From contig CAWIGG010000006.1 in NCBI GenBank assembly GCA_963835575.1, positions 1 through 64,000 of the forward strand: 64,000 bases of DNA, given 5' to 3'. Below are positions 19,348 through 30,549 of this stretch, piece after piece. The notes beneath the pieces are model-generated. The model did not search any database. It was given only the letters and a program-made list of their open reading frames with translations, and was not told where the DNA came from. Made by a program: the position numbers and the translations under genes. Each line of letters starts with the position of its first letter. The first letter of the stretch is position 1. The stretch comes from an uncultured Spirochaetota bacterium. Lineage in GTDB: Bacteria; Spirochaetota; Brevinematia; Brevinematales; JAOACQ01.

Positions 19348-19716
19348 ATGATAGATTTACTGAAAATGAGAAGAAAAAGAATGATCAAAGCCAGAAGAAG
19401 AAGCAAACGCTTGCTGAAAGCCTCTTCGGACAGGCCTCGCATGATTATTTACCGATCCAGAAAGTATATGTATGTGCAGGTTGTTGATGATGTCAAGAAA
19501 AAAATATTGCTGTCGATTTCCTCCATCGCCAAAGAATTGAAAGATAAAAAACTGGGTAAAAATATCAAAAGCGCAAAAGTATTGGGGAAAGAACTGGGCA
19601 TGAAATTAAAGGAAAAAAAGATAGATTCGGTCTGTTTTGACCGGAACGGATTTAAATACCATGGTAAAATCAAAGCCCTGGCTGACGCATGCCGGGAAGA
19701 AGGAATCAAATTTTAA
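19348..19716 (+). CDS. rplR: 50S ribosomal protein L18
   Basis: FDRNGFKYHGKIKALAD. Confidence 0.98.
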   Translation: MIDLLKMRRKRMIKARRRSKRLLKASSDRPRMIIYRSRKYMYVQVVDDVKKKILLSISSIAKELKDKKLGKNIKSAKVLGKELGMKLKEKKIDSVCFDRNGFKYHGKIKALADACREEGIKF

Positions 19717-19734
19717 GATTAAATGGAGATACTG

Positions 19735-20265
19735 ATGGCACCAAGAGAAAATTATAAGAATCCAGTGCAGAGTGAATGGGCTGAAAAAGTTGTCAGTCTC
19801 AGAAGGGCTGCGAAAGTAACGACAGGCGGAAAGAGATTCCGCTTTAACGCCGTCGTCATTGTCGGCAACGGAAAAGGAATGGTCGGGCTGGGTTACGGTA
19901 AGGCCAATGAATTGGCCGATGCCATAAAAAAAGCGAAAGACAAGGCCATCAGAGCGGCCAAACCGATAAAAATGAAAAATACGACAATACCGCATGAAGT
20001 AATCGGAAAGTTTAAAAGCGGAGTTATCTTTTTAAAGCCGGCTTCAAAAGGTACGGGTGTCATTGCGGGCGGGGCTGTCAGACCGGTGCTGGAACTGGCG
20101 GGCATCCATGACGTTTTAACGAAATCGCTCAGATCGACGAATCCTGTCAATCTGGTAAAAGCTACTTTAAGCGCGCTTTTTAATTTAATGGATGTTAAAG
20201 ATCTGTCGGTCAGAAGAGGAAAAACCGTGCAGGAAATTTTTGGAAGTTCTTCCAAAAACGGTTAG
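19735..20265 (+). CDS. rpsE: 30S ribosomal protein S5
   Basis: KVTTGGKRFRF.A.V.VG, PAS.GTGVIAGG. Confidence 0.98.
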   Translation: MAPRENYKNPVQSEWAEKVVSLRRAAKVTTGGKRFRFNAVVIVGNGKGMVGLGYGKANELADAIKKAKDKAIRAAKPIKMKNTTIPHEVIGKFKSGVIFLKPASKGTGVIAGGAVRPVLELAGIHDVLTKSLRSTNPVNLVKATLSALFNLMDVKDLSVRRGKTVQEIFGSSSKNG

Positions 20266-20280
20266 ATTATTGGAGGTAAT

Positions 20281-20730
20281 ATGCCGGTCATTGAGATAAA
20301 AGTAAATAGAAAGGCTGTTAAAGATAGAAGAAGGAGAGGCCGGGGAATCGGCAGCGGCAGGGGCGGCCAGAGCGGCAGAGGCGCGAAAGGCCAGAAGGCA
20401 AGGTCGGGCGGCTCGGTCGGCGCGCATTTTGAAGGCGGCCAGATGCCTTTATACAGAAGGATACCCAAGAGGGGATTCCACCCGCTGTCGAGGAACGTAT
20501 ATAATATAGTTAATGTCGCGTCCCTTGAAGTCTTTAAAGAGGGAAGTGAAATAAATAACGAACAGTTAATAAAGAAAAGTTTGATAAAAGATAATGGTCT
20601 GCCTGTAAAGCTTTTAGGCAATGGGGATTTGAATATCAAAAATTTAAAAATCTCCGTTAACGCCTGTTCTAAAGGCGGCCGGGAAAAGATTGAGAAACTG
20701 GGCGGAAGCGTAACTATTATTGAGGCCTGA
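20281..20730 (+). CDS. rplO: 50S ribosomal protein L15
   Basis: GRGIGSG...FEGGQMPLYRRIPKRGF. Confidence 0.99.
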   Translation: MPVIEIKVNRKAVKDRRRRGRGIGSGRGGQSGRGAKGQKARSGGSVGAHFEGGQMPLYRRIPKRGFHPLSRNVYNIVNVASLEVFKEGSEINNEQLIKKSLIKDNGLPVKLLGNGDLNIKNLKISVNACSKGGREKIEKLGGSVTIIEA

Positions 20731-20752
20731 CCTTTTTTATAGGATGTAACTT

Positions 20753-22075
20753 ATGTTAAAAGCATTTATTAATCTTTTTAAAGTCCCCGAACTCAGAAAG
20801 AAACTCTTTTTTACGCTGGGGATTCTTGTCGTATACAGGATCGGTGTTCAGATTTCCGTTCCGGGTATTAACGTTATCAGGCTCATTGAAGCGACAAGAG
20901 CATCTTCCGGCGGCGGCGGCGGTATAGCCGATTTTCTCAATTTGTTCACGGGCGGCGCGAGGGAAAACGCGTCTGTTTTTTCCCTGGGCGTTATGCCCTA
21001 TATTACTTCAATGATTATTATGCAGCTTTTAAAGGCTGTTGTGCCGTCTGTAGACCGTATGCTTAAGGAAGGTCCTGAAGGGAGAAAGAAATTCCAGCAG
21101 TATGGAAGGCTGGGGACCGTTTTAGTTACGATTATTCAGGGAATTATTTATGCCAGAGGCCTGATCGAGCAGAATGTGAGGGACGGGTTCCTGATGATCG
21201 GCAATACGGAATTTACAATTGTGTTCACACTGGCTGTTACGGCCGGCACCCTGATATTGATGTGGATGGGAGAGCAGATTACCGAGAGGGGCTTAGGCAA
21301 CGGTGTTTCGCTGATTATTATGGCGGGTATTATCGCGAGGCTGCCGTATTCGTTATTTAAATTGTTTACAGGAATAGATGTCGGGGCGGCGGACCCGATG
21401 AGTCTGCTTGTCGTACTCGCTTTATTCTTTGTAGTGATCGGACTGGTTGTCTTTGAAGAGCAGGGGCTGCGTAAGATACCGATACAGTACGCCAACAGGG
21501 CTGCCGCTGGCGGCACATACGGCGGACAGGTTTCTTTCCTTCCGTTTAAAGTAAATCCGACGGGAGTTATTCCTATAATTTTCGCGTCATCTCTTTTGAT
21601 AATACCGATACAGCTTGAGCAGTGGCTCGGGGCAAAATTTGAAATATTTAAAATAATCGGAGCGCAGATGCATCCGGATAAATTGTGGTATAGTATCGTT
21701 TATTTTGCTTTAATCCTGTTTTTTGCTTATTTTTATATGGAGATTGAGCTCAATCCGCATGATATTGCGGAAAATCTGAGAAAATCAGGCGGTTTTATTC
21801 CCGGCGTCAGACCGGGCCAGAAAACTGAAGAATTTATTCAGTTTACTCTGAGAAGGATTACATTGCCGGGAGCTATCTTCCTCGGTATGATTGCGTTAAT
21901 ACCGACAGTAGTGGTCAGGATATTTAATGTGCCGTCTCAGCTGGGTTATCTGATGGGAGGCACATCATTATTGATTATGGTTGGTGTGGCCCTGGATACT
22001 TTAAAGCAGATTGAGTCGCATCTGATGATGTACCACTTTGACGGATTTATAACACGGCCGGCGGCCAGGAAATAA
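20753..22075 (+). CDS. secY: Preprotein translocase subunit SecY
   Basis: LGVMPYIT, GLGNGVSL, GVIPIIFA, GGTSLLI. Confidence 0.99.
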   Translation: MLKAFINLFKVPELRKKLFFTLGILVVYRIGVQISVPGINVIRLIEATRASSGGGGGIADFLNLFTGGARENASVFSLGVMPYITSMIIMQLLKAVVPSVDRMLKEGPEGRKKFQQYGRLGTVLVTIIQGIIYARGLIEQNVRDGFLMIGNTEFTIVFTLAVTAGTLILMWMGEQITERGLGNGVSLIIMAGIIARLPYSLFKLFTGIDVGAADPMSLLVVLALFFVVIGLVVFEEQGLRKIPIQYANRAAAGGTYGGQVSFLPFKVNPTGVIPIIFASSLLIIPIQLEQWLGAKFEIFKIIGAQMHPDKLWYSIVYFALILFFAYFYMEIELNPHDIAENLRKSGGFIPGVRPGQKTEEFIQFTLRRITLPGAIFLGMIALIPTVVVRIFNVPSQLGYLMGGTSLLIMVGVALDTLKQIESHLMMYHFDGFITRPAARK

Positions 22076-22088
22076 AGAGGCGGATAAG

Positions 22089-22739
22089 ATGATCAATTTG
22101 GCTCTGATAGCCCCTCCGGGAGCCGGAAAAGGGACCCAGTCTGAGAAGATATCACGGCAGTTTAATATTCTTCATGTATCGACGGGGGATATTTTCAGGG
22201 CCATTGTTAAAGGGACCTATAAAGGCTCCTTTCCAACGGAAGAGATTTTGAGTTATATGAATAAAGGTCTTCTGGTCCCGGATTCTATTGTTGTCGGGAT
22301 ACTACTTGACAGATTAAATCAGAAAGACTGCATGGACGGTTTCCTGCTTGACGGTTTTCCGAGGACCATTAATCAGGCGGAGACTTTTGATAAGGAAGCG
22401 AAAGGAAAGGCCCTTTCAAAAGTTATCCTGATTGATGTGAACCAGGAAGATTTACTGAAGAGGCTGATAGGCAGAAGGTTCTGTACGAAATGCGGGAAAA
22501 TTTATAATATTTATTATAATCCTCCGAAAATTGATGATAAATGCGATGATGATGGTTCGGCTTTACTGATCAGAAGCGACGATAATAGTGAAACGGTAAA
22601 GCAGAGAATGGAGGTTTATGAAAAAGAAACGGCCCCGCTTATAGATTATTATAAGAAAAAGAAGCTGTTGTTTTCCGTGAATGGAAACCAGGCAGTAGAT
22701 GCCGTTTTTAATCAAATCAGGGAGGTCATTCTGTCTTAA
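22089..22739 (+). CDS. adk: Adenylate kinase
   Basis: [15 protein letters not shown]. Confidence 0.98.
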   Translation: MINLALIAPPGAGKGTQSEKISRQFNILHVSTGDIFRAIVKGTYKGSFPTEEILSYMNKGLLVPDSIVVGILLDRLNQKDCMDGFLLDGFPRTINQAETFDKEAKGKALSKVILIDVNQEDLLKRLIGRRFCTKCGKIYNIYYNPPKIDDKCDDDGSALLIRSDDNSETVKQRMEVYEKETAPLIDYYKKKKLLFSVNGNQAVDAVFNQIREVILS

Positions 22740-22957
22740 TGGACAAAGAAGACGTTATTAGGTTTGATGGGATAGTATTGGAGCAGTTGCCCAATGCTAT
22801 GTTCAGGGTGGAGCTGGAGAGTAAGAAGCAGATTCTGGCGCATATCTCCGGTAAAATGAGAATGAATTATATTAAAATCATTCCCGGTGATAAAGTGACT
22901 CTGGAAATGTCGCCCTATGATTTGACAAAAGGGAGAATTGTTTACAGATATAAGTAG
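22739..22957 (+). CDS. infA: Translation initiation factor IF-1
   Basis: [25 protein letters not shown]. Confidence 0.99.
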   Translation: MDKEDVIRFDGIVLEQLPNAMFRVELESKKQILAHISGKMRMNYIKIIPGDKVTLEMSPYDLTKGRIVYRYK

Positions 22958-22966
22958 GAGAATAAT

Positions 22967-23095
22967 ATGAAAGTGCGTTCGTCGGTAAAAAAGATGTGCG
23001 AAAAATGCAGGATTATCAGACGCCATGGCCTTGTTATGGTAATCTGCGAGAATCCAAAGCATAAGCAGAGACAGATGGGAGAAAAGAGAAAATAG
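22967..23095 (+). CDS. rpmJ: 50S ribosomal protein L36 (not in the ORF track)
   Basis: Manual translation [42 protein letters not shown]. Confidence 0.97.
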   Translation: MKVRSSVKKMCEKCRIIRRHGLVMVICENPKHKQRQMGEKRK

Positions 23096-23110
23096 AAGCG
23101 GAGGATAATA

Positions 23111-23479
23111 ATGGCAAGAATAGCAGGAAGGGAAGTTCCCGGCAATAAGGCTGTTTTTATTGGCCTGACATACATATTCGGTATCGGCAGGCATAATTCA
23201 ATGAAAATACTGGAAATGGCAAAGATAGAACCGGCGAAGAAAGTCAAGGATTTGAGCGAGGACGAGCTGGCAAAAATAAGGGATGTCATAGAAGATAATT
23301 TTAAAGTGGAAGGCGATCTCAGGACTGAAGTGGCGATGAATATTAAGCGTCTTATAGATGTCGGCTGTTACAGAGGCCACAGGCATAAAATAGGTCTGCC
23401 TGTCAGGGGCCAGAGGACAAGAACAAACGCGAGGACACATAAAGGGCCGAGATCAAATACGATCGGCAGAAAGAAATAA
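23111..23479 (+). CDS. rpsM: 30S ribosomal protein S13
   Basis: [21 protein letters not shown]. Confidence 0.99.
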   Translation: MARIAGREVPGNKAVFIGLTYIFGIGRHNSMKILEMAKIEPAKKVKDLSEDELAKIRDVIEDNFKVEGDLRTEVAMNIKRLIDVGCYRGHRHKIGLPVRGQRTRTNARTHKGPRSNTIGRKK

Positions 23480-23501
23480 GGTTTAACGGAGGTTTTAATT
23501 A

Positions 23502-23898
23502 ATGGCAAAGAAGGCTGCACCGGTTACAAAAAAACGGAAAGAAAAGAAAAGCGTATTGGAAGGTATAGCCAATATCAGGGCGACTTTTAATAATACGATT
23601 ATAAATATTACGGATTTAAATGGAAATTCCATATCATGGGCCAGTTCCGGAAGCGTCGGCTTTAAGGGAACCAAAAAAGGGACGCCTTATGCCGCCCAGC
23701 TTGCCGCTGAAAAAGCGGTTGAGCAGGCAAAATTCCATGGCGTGCAGTATCTGCATATCCGGTTTAAAAGGCCCGGGACCCGGAAGAGAATCCGCTATCA
23801 GGGCTCTGGATGCCGCGGGCTTAAAGATTAAAACCCTCAGGGATATTACGCCTATACCGCATAACGGGTGCAGGCCGAGAAAAAAGAGAAGAGTATAA
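23502..23898 (+). CDS. rpsK: 30S ribosomal protein S11 (apparent +1 frameshift near 23765)
   Basis: ATFNNTI in one frame; KGPGPGRE...[11 protein letters not shown] in the next. Confidence 0.95.
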
Positions 23899-23910
23899 GG
23901 AAGGTACTAT

Positions 23911-24544
23911 ATGGGAAGGTATATTGGAGCATCCTGCCGATTATGCCGGAGAGAAGGCACACGGCTTTTTTTAAAAGGAGATAAATGTTATTCTCAGGCT
24001 TGCACATTGAATAAAAAAGACAAGCGCGCCCGGGAAGGTTTCAAAGTTTAATAGAAAACCGACGGAATACGCTCTCCAGCTCCGTGAAAAGCAGAAAGTT
24101 AAAAGATATTACGGGGTTTTTGAGCGGCAGTTCAGAAGGTATTTCGAAATGGCCGCAAAGCATAAAGGCGTAACGGGCGAAATGCTTCTTCAATATCTGG
24201 AAAGAAGGCTGGACAGTCTTATCCATAAGGCCGGTTTTGCGCCTTCGAAAAAAAGCGCGAGGCAGCTGGTCGGGCATGGGCATGTCCTGGTTAATGGGAA
24301 AAAACTGGATGTTCCGTCTTATGTTGTCAACGTTGGGGAGGAAGTATCGCTGGATGAAAAGGCGAAAAATCTGGACCTTGTAGTAAAGGCCCTGGAATCA
24401 TCGCAGAACAAAGTTGTCCCGGCTTGGCTTGAGATTGATAGTAAAAATCTGAAAATAAAAATGCTTGCGATCCCTACGAGGGCGGAAATAAATCCCGAAA
24501 TTGAAATTAAAGAACAGCTCATCGTAGAGCTATTTTCTAAATAG
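23911..24544 (+). CDS. rpsD: 30S ribosomal protein S4 (apparent +1 frameshift near 24015)
   Basis: [19 protein letters not shown], then QLREKQK...LERRLD...ARQLVGHGH. Confidence 0.95.
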
Positions 24545-24581
24545 TGAGACCATCCTTTTTAAAGAGAAATGGAGGAATGAA

Positions 24582-25607
24582 ATGTCTCAAAAAGGTTTAT
24601 TAAAAGATATCATGCTGCCTTATGAGATAAAGTACGAGAAGAACACTTACACTTCTTCTTATGGTAAATTTAATATTTATCCGTTTGAAAAAGGCGTAGG
24701 CGTTACTATTGCCAATTCGCTGCGGAGAGTGCTCTTGAGCTCTATACCCGGTTATGCGATCACCTCGATAAAGGTCGAAGGCGATCAATCATGAGTTTGA
24801 GCCGATTAAAGGAGTAAAAGAGGATTTAACCGATGTCATTTTGGCAATAAAGAAGATCAAGCTGTCTCTCAACGACGGAAGTGAAAAGAAGGTCATCCGC
24901 GTGGCAAAATCCGGCAAGGGAGAGCTTCTTGCGAAGGATTTTGCCGTTGATTCCACGGTCGAAGTGATCAATGGGGATTTAAAAATCGCCACTCTGAACG
25001 CCGATGCGGATCTTTCAATGGATGTACAGATTGAATACGGACGCGGCTACCGCTCGGCGGAGGATCTTGTTTGATTCGAATTCTGTTATATCCGTTATTC
25101 CGGTTGACGCGATTTTTTCTCCGGTGACAAGAGTGAATTATATTATTGAGGATTTCAGGGTCGGAGAAAAAACAGACTGCGAGAAAATCGTACTTGAAGT
25201 ATGGACATCGGGGGCAATGGCTCCGCTGGATGCTGTTTCCAGAGCGGCTTCTATTCTTAAAAAGTATTTTTCTCTCCTCATCGATTTTGAGGCGGAAGAG
25301 GAGGAAGCGGAATCCGGTGAAGTAGCGGAGACTGCGGCGGCCAATGATATTATGGCAAAACCGATCACGGAGCTGGATCTTTCAGTCCGCTCTTATAATT
25401 GTCTTAAGAGTTCAAATATCAATACGATCGGGGAATTATTGAAATATGATAAAGATTCCTTGATGAAGATAAAGAATTTCGGTAAAAAAGTCATTTACCG
25501 AAATATCAGAAAAACTTCAAATTTACGGCTTGAGTCTGGAGGAGTCTGAATCAGATGCGTCCGAAGGCGAAAAGAAAGCCATGGAAGACTTTGAAGAAGG
25601 AGAATAG
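24582..25607 (+). CDS. rpoA: RNA polymerase alpha subunit (three apparent +1 frameshifts near 24783, 25070 and 25487)
   Basis: [39 protein letters not shown] and NFGKK spread across frames. Confidence 0.95.
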
Positions 25608-25609
25608 GT

Positions 25610-26276
25610 ATGAGGCATGGAGATAAAGTCCGCAAATTGAGCAGAAACACTTCCCATAGAAGGGCGCTTTTAAGGAACCTGGCCGCATCGCTTTTTAAAT
25701 ATGAAAATATCAGGACAACGATTCAGAAAGCAAAAGTGTTAAGGCCTTATGCGGAAAAAATGATTACAAAAGCAAAGAATAATACTATTAATGCTAAAAG
25801 GATGATCAATGAGGATATTAAAGACAGGGAAATTCTCAAGAAGCTTTTTGAGGATATTGCCCTGAGATATAAAAACCGAAACGGCGGTTATACAAGAATA
25901 TACAGGCTTGGAAACCGGACTTCAGACGGCGCTGAAATGGCTATGATTGAGCTTGTGGAAGAAGCATTGTCTAAAGGGAAAGACGCGCAGTCAAAGAAGA
26001 AAATATATTGAAGCAGCTGTTAATGTTGCCAGGACTTCTGAAACAAAAAAGGAAGTTAAGACCAAGGCAAAAGAGGAACCGAAAAGCGATGTGAAAACTA
26101 AAGAAAAGGCTGAGGTTAAAGCGGAAAGTCAAAACCTGAAGTTAAAGCAAAGGAAAAATCCGCGCCTAAAGGCGAAGGCAGAACAAAGATAAAAGCGGTG
26201 ATAAAACCTGCCGAAAAAAATAAGGCAAAAGCGGCGTCCTAAAGAAAAAAGTGAAGGGAAGTCAAAAAGCAAATAA
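25610..26276 (+). CDS. rplQ: 50S ribosomal protein L17 with a Lys/Glu-rich C-terminal tail (tail frameshifted)
   Basis: MRH...HRRALLRNL, RNGGYTRI, DGAEMA.IEL; low-complexity tail continues across frames to about 26276. Confidence 0.9.
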
Positions 26277-26782
26277 ATGAAGAAGTTATTGATTATTTTA
26301 CCCCTATTGTGTTTGACAATAGGGGCTTTTTTTTTAAACGGATTGTATGATCTCATTATTTTTCTGTTTTTGATGGGGCCAGTTCTTTCTATTCCAGAGG
26401 AAATATATCATACCATATTTTACGTAATATTCTATATTTGATGATTTTTACGATTCCTCTATCCTTAATGAAGATTATAATGATTCAGGAAGGGAAAAAA
26501 ATATCCCTTGGGTTTTTCACCATCTACTCCGGCTCATTAGAAGAAGTATTCCTTTTTCTGATCCGGCTTTGTATATTATCAACCGGTTCATTTATAATTG
26601 GAAAAGCCGGATTTGAGTTTAACCGTCTGAAAAATCTGCCGTTTTTAGACGCTTTTGTCAAGTCTATTGATATTTATCAGGATCTGTTGGGCGAGTTTAA
26701 AAATATTTTTAAAAAGAAAAATAGAAAAGGTCATAATCTGGCAGGTATTATCGATGATTTTTATAAAAGAGGACTGGAATAA
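26277..26782 (+). CDS. Membrane protein, weakly EcfT/CbiQ-like, apparently frameshifted
   Basis: ATG 26277 begins a hydrophobic ORF that appears to join the 26438-26782 frame. Confidence 0.4.
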
Positions 26783-26805
26783 ACTTTTCTTAGGGCAAAT
26801 CTCTG

Positions 26806-28092
26806 CTATTCCATAATCCTCAGCATAATTCCGCGCTGTTTTGTAAAATCTATCCGTTCAATCTCATCAAGCGCTTTTATAATATTTTTTTCCGATGCCG
26901 CATGAGTGGTCATAATAAGAGGGACATAATCGGTTTTGCTCCGTTCTTTCTGGATAACGGAAGCAATGCTGATATTATTAGTTCCGAATATGCCTGAAAT
27001 CCTGCTGAGAACACCTGTTTTATCAAGGACATTGAATCGGAGGTAGTATCTGGCTTCAATATCACCGATGCTTTTCAGACGGTAATTATTAAAATTACGG
27101 TATTTAAATGTATTATTAGGGTTTTGAACCGATTTTGCGATATCGATTATATCCGCCACGACGGCTGTCGCGGTCGGAAGCGAACCGGCGCCTCTTCCAT
27201 AATACATGGAATTTCCCAGATAGGCGCTTTCTAACAGGACAGCGTTGAATTCATTACGGACATAGGCAAGCTGGTTGCCCTTCGGCACAAGCGTCGGATT
27301 AACTCGGACTTCGACGGTATTGTCCGGGTCGAGTTTTGCGATAGCGAGAAGCTTTAAAACATAGCCAAGCTCCGCCGCGATCTTTATGTCCTGGAGATGA
27401 ACGCCCTCAATTCCTTCTGTATAAACGTTTTCAAAGCGGATTGGAGTATTGAAGGCAAGTTCCGCCAGTATGGTAATTTTATGGGCCGCGTCAAAGCCGT
27501 TTACATCCAGTGTGGGGTCGGCTTCCGCGAATCCGAGTTTCTGCGCCTGCTTGAGGGCCATTGTAAAGCTGAGATTTTCCTCAAGCATTTTTGTCAGTAT
27601 ATAATTGGTGGTGCCGTTAACGATACCGTAAATGGAATTGATTTTATCGCCCACCAGAGCGTCCCCCACTGTCCTTATGATAGGGATGCCGCCGCAGACG
27701 CTCCCCTCAAAACCAATTGACTTATTCTGCTCCCGCGCCAGCTGGAAGAGAGGCGCCCCTCTTTCGGCCAGGAGGGCTTTATTGGCTGTGACGACGTTTT
27801 TCCCGGCCTTAAGGGCTTCTTCAACAAGAGTGTAGGAAAATTGAGTTCCGCCGACAAGCTCTACAATGATGTCAATATCCTTATCCTGCAAGGCTTCCTT
27901 ATAATCGGATGATTTTTTCGCCCTTTTTATTTCCACACTGCGGGGTGTAATCCAGTCCTTATCTATGACATATTTAAGGTCTAAATCAATACCGGTCCTG
28001 AGTTTAATGGCTTCAAAATCATTCTCAAGAATCTTGATAACGCCGCAGCCGATTGTTCCGAAACCGACCAGAGCTATACCTGCGCGGGACAT
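26806..28092 (-). CDS. hom: Homoserine dehydrogenase with ACT domain
   Basis: GFGTIG, VVTANKAL, GIVNGTTNYIL, GFAEADP; start set to MSRAG. Confidence 0.97.
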   Translation of the reverse strand: MSRAGIALVGFGTIGCGVIKILENDFEAIKLRTGIDLDLKYVIDKDWITPRSVEIKRAKKSSDYKEALQDKDIDIIVELVGGTQFSYTLVEEALKAGKNVVTANKALLAERGAPLFQLAREQNKSIGFEGSVCGGIPIIRTVGDALVGDKINSIYGIVNGTTNYILTKMLEENLSFTMALKQAQKLGFAEADPTLDVNGFDAAHKITILAELAFNTPIRFENVYTEGIEGVHLQDIKIAAELGYVLKLLAIAKLDPDNTVEVRVNPTLVPKGNQLAYVRNEFNAVLLESAYLGNSMYYGRGAGSLPTATAVVADIIDIAKSVQNPNNTFKYRNFNNYRLKSIGDIEARYYLRFNVLDKTGVLSRISGIFGTNNISIASVIQKERSKTDYVPLIMTTHAASEKNIIKALDEIERIDFTKQRGIMLRIME

Positions 28093-28292
28093 AAGGGCCT
28101 CCTGAAAGAAAATAATTATAAATAAATTTTCATAAAATTGCAAAATAAGGATTTATAAAAGGTATTATTATTAGGAATTTGATTGAATATTATTTATTTT
28201 ATCAAAATTAATAAAAAAATAGTATTGATATTAAATATTAATTATTCTACCATATTTACAGGTTTTGAATAATATGTTCGCCGGAGGTATTT

Positions 28293-28938
28293 ATGGTGAA
28301 AATACGTGTTTTTATTATATCGCTCTTTTTTATTGTTTTATTCAGTACAATGTTTGCTGATATACCGCTGAATAAGTTTTTTACTGTAAAGCTGTACGGC
28401 GGGTGGAACTCATGGATATCATCAACTTGGGGCAGATACAATAGCTATAATGGCGTAATTGCCGGAGGCTATTCGTTCGGGCATGGATTTTCTCATGGGA
28501 AGCCTGACAGGGCTTCAATACGGGATTGAAACCTCTTATCTTTCAATGTTTATTCAATCCTATGAAGGGTTTTTCGGCACTTTAGGTTTAATTCCGGTAA
28601 CAGCGGATCTGGTTATTAATGAAGGAATGTTATATACAGACCTTGGATTGGGCGTGGCTTTTCCGATAATGACTGATAATCTAAGAAGCATTTTTTATCA
28701 AAGTGGATATTATGAATATGTAAAAAAAACAAATCCTACTCTAGGTGTTTTGGCAAAGATAGGCTGCGGCATCAATTATCCTATTACTGATTATATGGGA
28801 TTGGATGCCGGAATCACTTTATTGCTTACATTTTCAGATTTTGGAATGAACATCTGGAATTATGAAGAAAGTATATTTTATAATCTTATGGCATATAGCC
28901 AGTATAATTTAAGGGCAGGACTGAATTTTTATTTTTAA
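28293..28938 (+). CDS. Outer-membrane beta-barrel protein (apparent frameshift near 28480)
   Basis: Signal peptide in the first frame, amphipathic strands, C-terminal AGLNFYF. Confidence 0.6.
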
Positions 28939-29005
28939 AAAAGTGAAAGAGATTTAAATTATACCATTATTTATTTGCATTAATATAGATAAGGAAGGAC
29001 GCAGT

Positions 29006-29683
29006 ATGAGGATCATCATAAAATTTATAATTACATTTATAGCCTTCTGCCTGTTTTTTTCCAATATCAATTTCGGACAGACAGATAATGAGGAATTAAC
29101 GAAAAAGAGGATCGAGTTATTAAATGTTTATATAAAAAGCAAATCCCATATGAAACCGGCATTTAAAACGGATATGAGGGCTGTTTCTTCCAGGCTGGAT
29201 TTAAATACCCGGGAGGAGCTGTATGAAATGTATCAGAAAAAAATAGCGGTTGGTATTACAGTCCTGGACATTTTATTTCCATTAAGCAGCACTTTTGGAA
29301 TAGGAAGCGCCATACAGGGGGATGATTTCGGCTTTGTTTTTCAATACGCTGTTTCCTGGGGCGGGTTTGTGGCTGTTTCGGTTTCCGGGTTACAGGGTTG
29401 GGCAAAATTCAACTCGCTTCCAATAGGACAGCAAACATACAGTGCATTAATTTCAAATTTATTGGTTCCGGGTATTGTCGGCTTCACATGTTTTTCTATT
29501 GCATATGTTTTCTCCTGGATCAGGCCGATTTTATATGAAAATGAGTATAATTCAAACCTCAGGGAATCACTGGGGCTTGATACTTCCGTAAAAATCAGCT
29601 TGCTTGACGGGCTTGGTAAAATAAAGCCGGATAAAAGATACGCGGATGTTTTTTATTACAATTTGATCAGTATTGAATATTGA
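29006..29683 (+). CDS. Borrelia P13-like membrane protein
   Basis: FGIGSAIQGD...WIRP..Y...YN.NLR..L. Confidence 0.7.
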   Translation: MRIIIKFIITFIAFCLFFSNINFGQTDNEELTKKRIELLNVYIKSKSHMKPAFKTDMRAVSSRLDLNTREELYEMYQKKIAVGITVLDILFPLSSTFGIGSAIQGDDFGFVFQYAVSWGGFVAVSVSGLQGWAKFNSLPIGQQTYSALISNLLVPGIVGFTCFSIAYVFSWIRPILYENEYNSNLRESLGLDTSVKISLLDGLGKIKPDKRYADVFYYNLISIEY

Positions 29684-29697
29684 TCAGGAGGACAAAC

Positions 29698-30402
29698 ATG
29701 AAAATCAAATACCTGATTATAAAGTTCATATTATTGACTTTTTTAATGATGTTTTGCTCTCTTATGTATTCCGTTGATATTTCCTCAAATAAGATGATAC
29801 AGGACATGACTGTAACCAATGAAAACAGTACGAATAATAAAATAAATTTGCCCCGTTCCCGGGAAATGGAAGCGACTGAAAGAAAGCTCCTGGAAGGATA
29901 TATATTGAATAATTACCATATCAGTTCTTCAAATAATATGGTTAAAATGAAGGAGTTATCTGCTGATAAAGATAGAAATTTCAGAGAGAACCTCTTTCAA
30001 AAATATAAAAAAAGCGGCGGTTTGTGGACGGGCACATTAAATTTATTGGTGCCTCCTATGGGAATGTTAGGATTGGGGAGCCTGATCCAGGGTGACTATA
30101 CAGGGGTCGTAATTGAATGCGTGTTTACTTTTGGGTCGATAGCGACTTCTTCTTTTCTTTTTTTGGGAGGCAATACCAGTCCGTCGGCGATTGTTTTATT
30201 CATTGGATTAAGCCTGGGTTATGTGTCATCATGGTTTATACCGATATTTTATGAAACGGGTTATAACGGTAATCTGAAAAAAGGCTTAAATTTAATGGAA
30301 GAAGCGCCTCCTGCAAAAAAATCCATCAGTTATTATAATAATAACCTGGATATACATGTTGATGAAATAATACACATCCCACTCTTTACGGTTCAATTTT
30401 AG
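29698..30402 (+). CDS. Borrelia P13-like membrane protein (paralog)
   Basis: LNLL...GLGSLIQGDY...P.FYE..YN.NLKKGL. Confidence 0.7.
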   Translation: MKIKYLIIKFILLTFLMMFCSLMYSVDISSNKMIQDMTVTNENSTNNKINLPRSREMEATERKLLEGYILNNYHISSSNNMVKMKELSADKDRNFRENLFQKYKKSGGLWTGTLNLLVPPMGMLGLGSLIQGDYTGVVIECVFTFGSIATSSFLFLGGNTSPSAIVLFIGLSLGYVSSWFIPIFYETGYNGNLKKGLNLMEEAPPAKKSISYYNNNLDIHVDEIIHIPLFTVQF

Positions 30403-30427
30403 TATATTTAAATGTAATTAATTTTAC

Positions 30428-30462
30428 AGGGCTTCCTTCGGGTTCAGGGGGGCCCTTTTTTT
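30428..30462 (+). terminator. Rho-independent terminator
   Basis: AGGGCTTCCT.../...GGGGGCCCT stem plus T-tract. Confidence 0.65.
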
Positions 30463-30549
30463 AGAATTTCCCCTCTTCCTGTTTATTTTTTTTGAAAAAT
30501 AAGCTAAAATATCAGGTGCTTATTTTATATTCATACCGGAGGAAAAACA

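Noticed and set aside
7160..24992. Numerous antisense and alternate-frame ORFs over ribosomal protein genes
   Set aside because: Shadow ORFs of highly conserved genes with no recognisable motifs.
23502..25607. rpsK, rpsD and rpoA as true pseudogenes or programmed frameshifts
   Set aside because: These are essential genes with otherwise intact sequence, and the indels cluster locally in homopolymers, as expected for sequencing errors.
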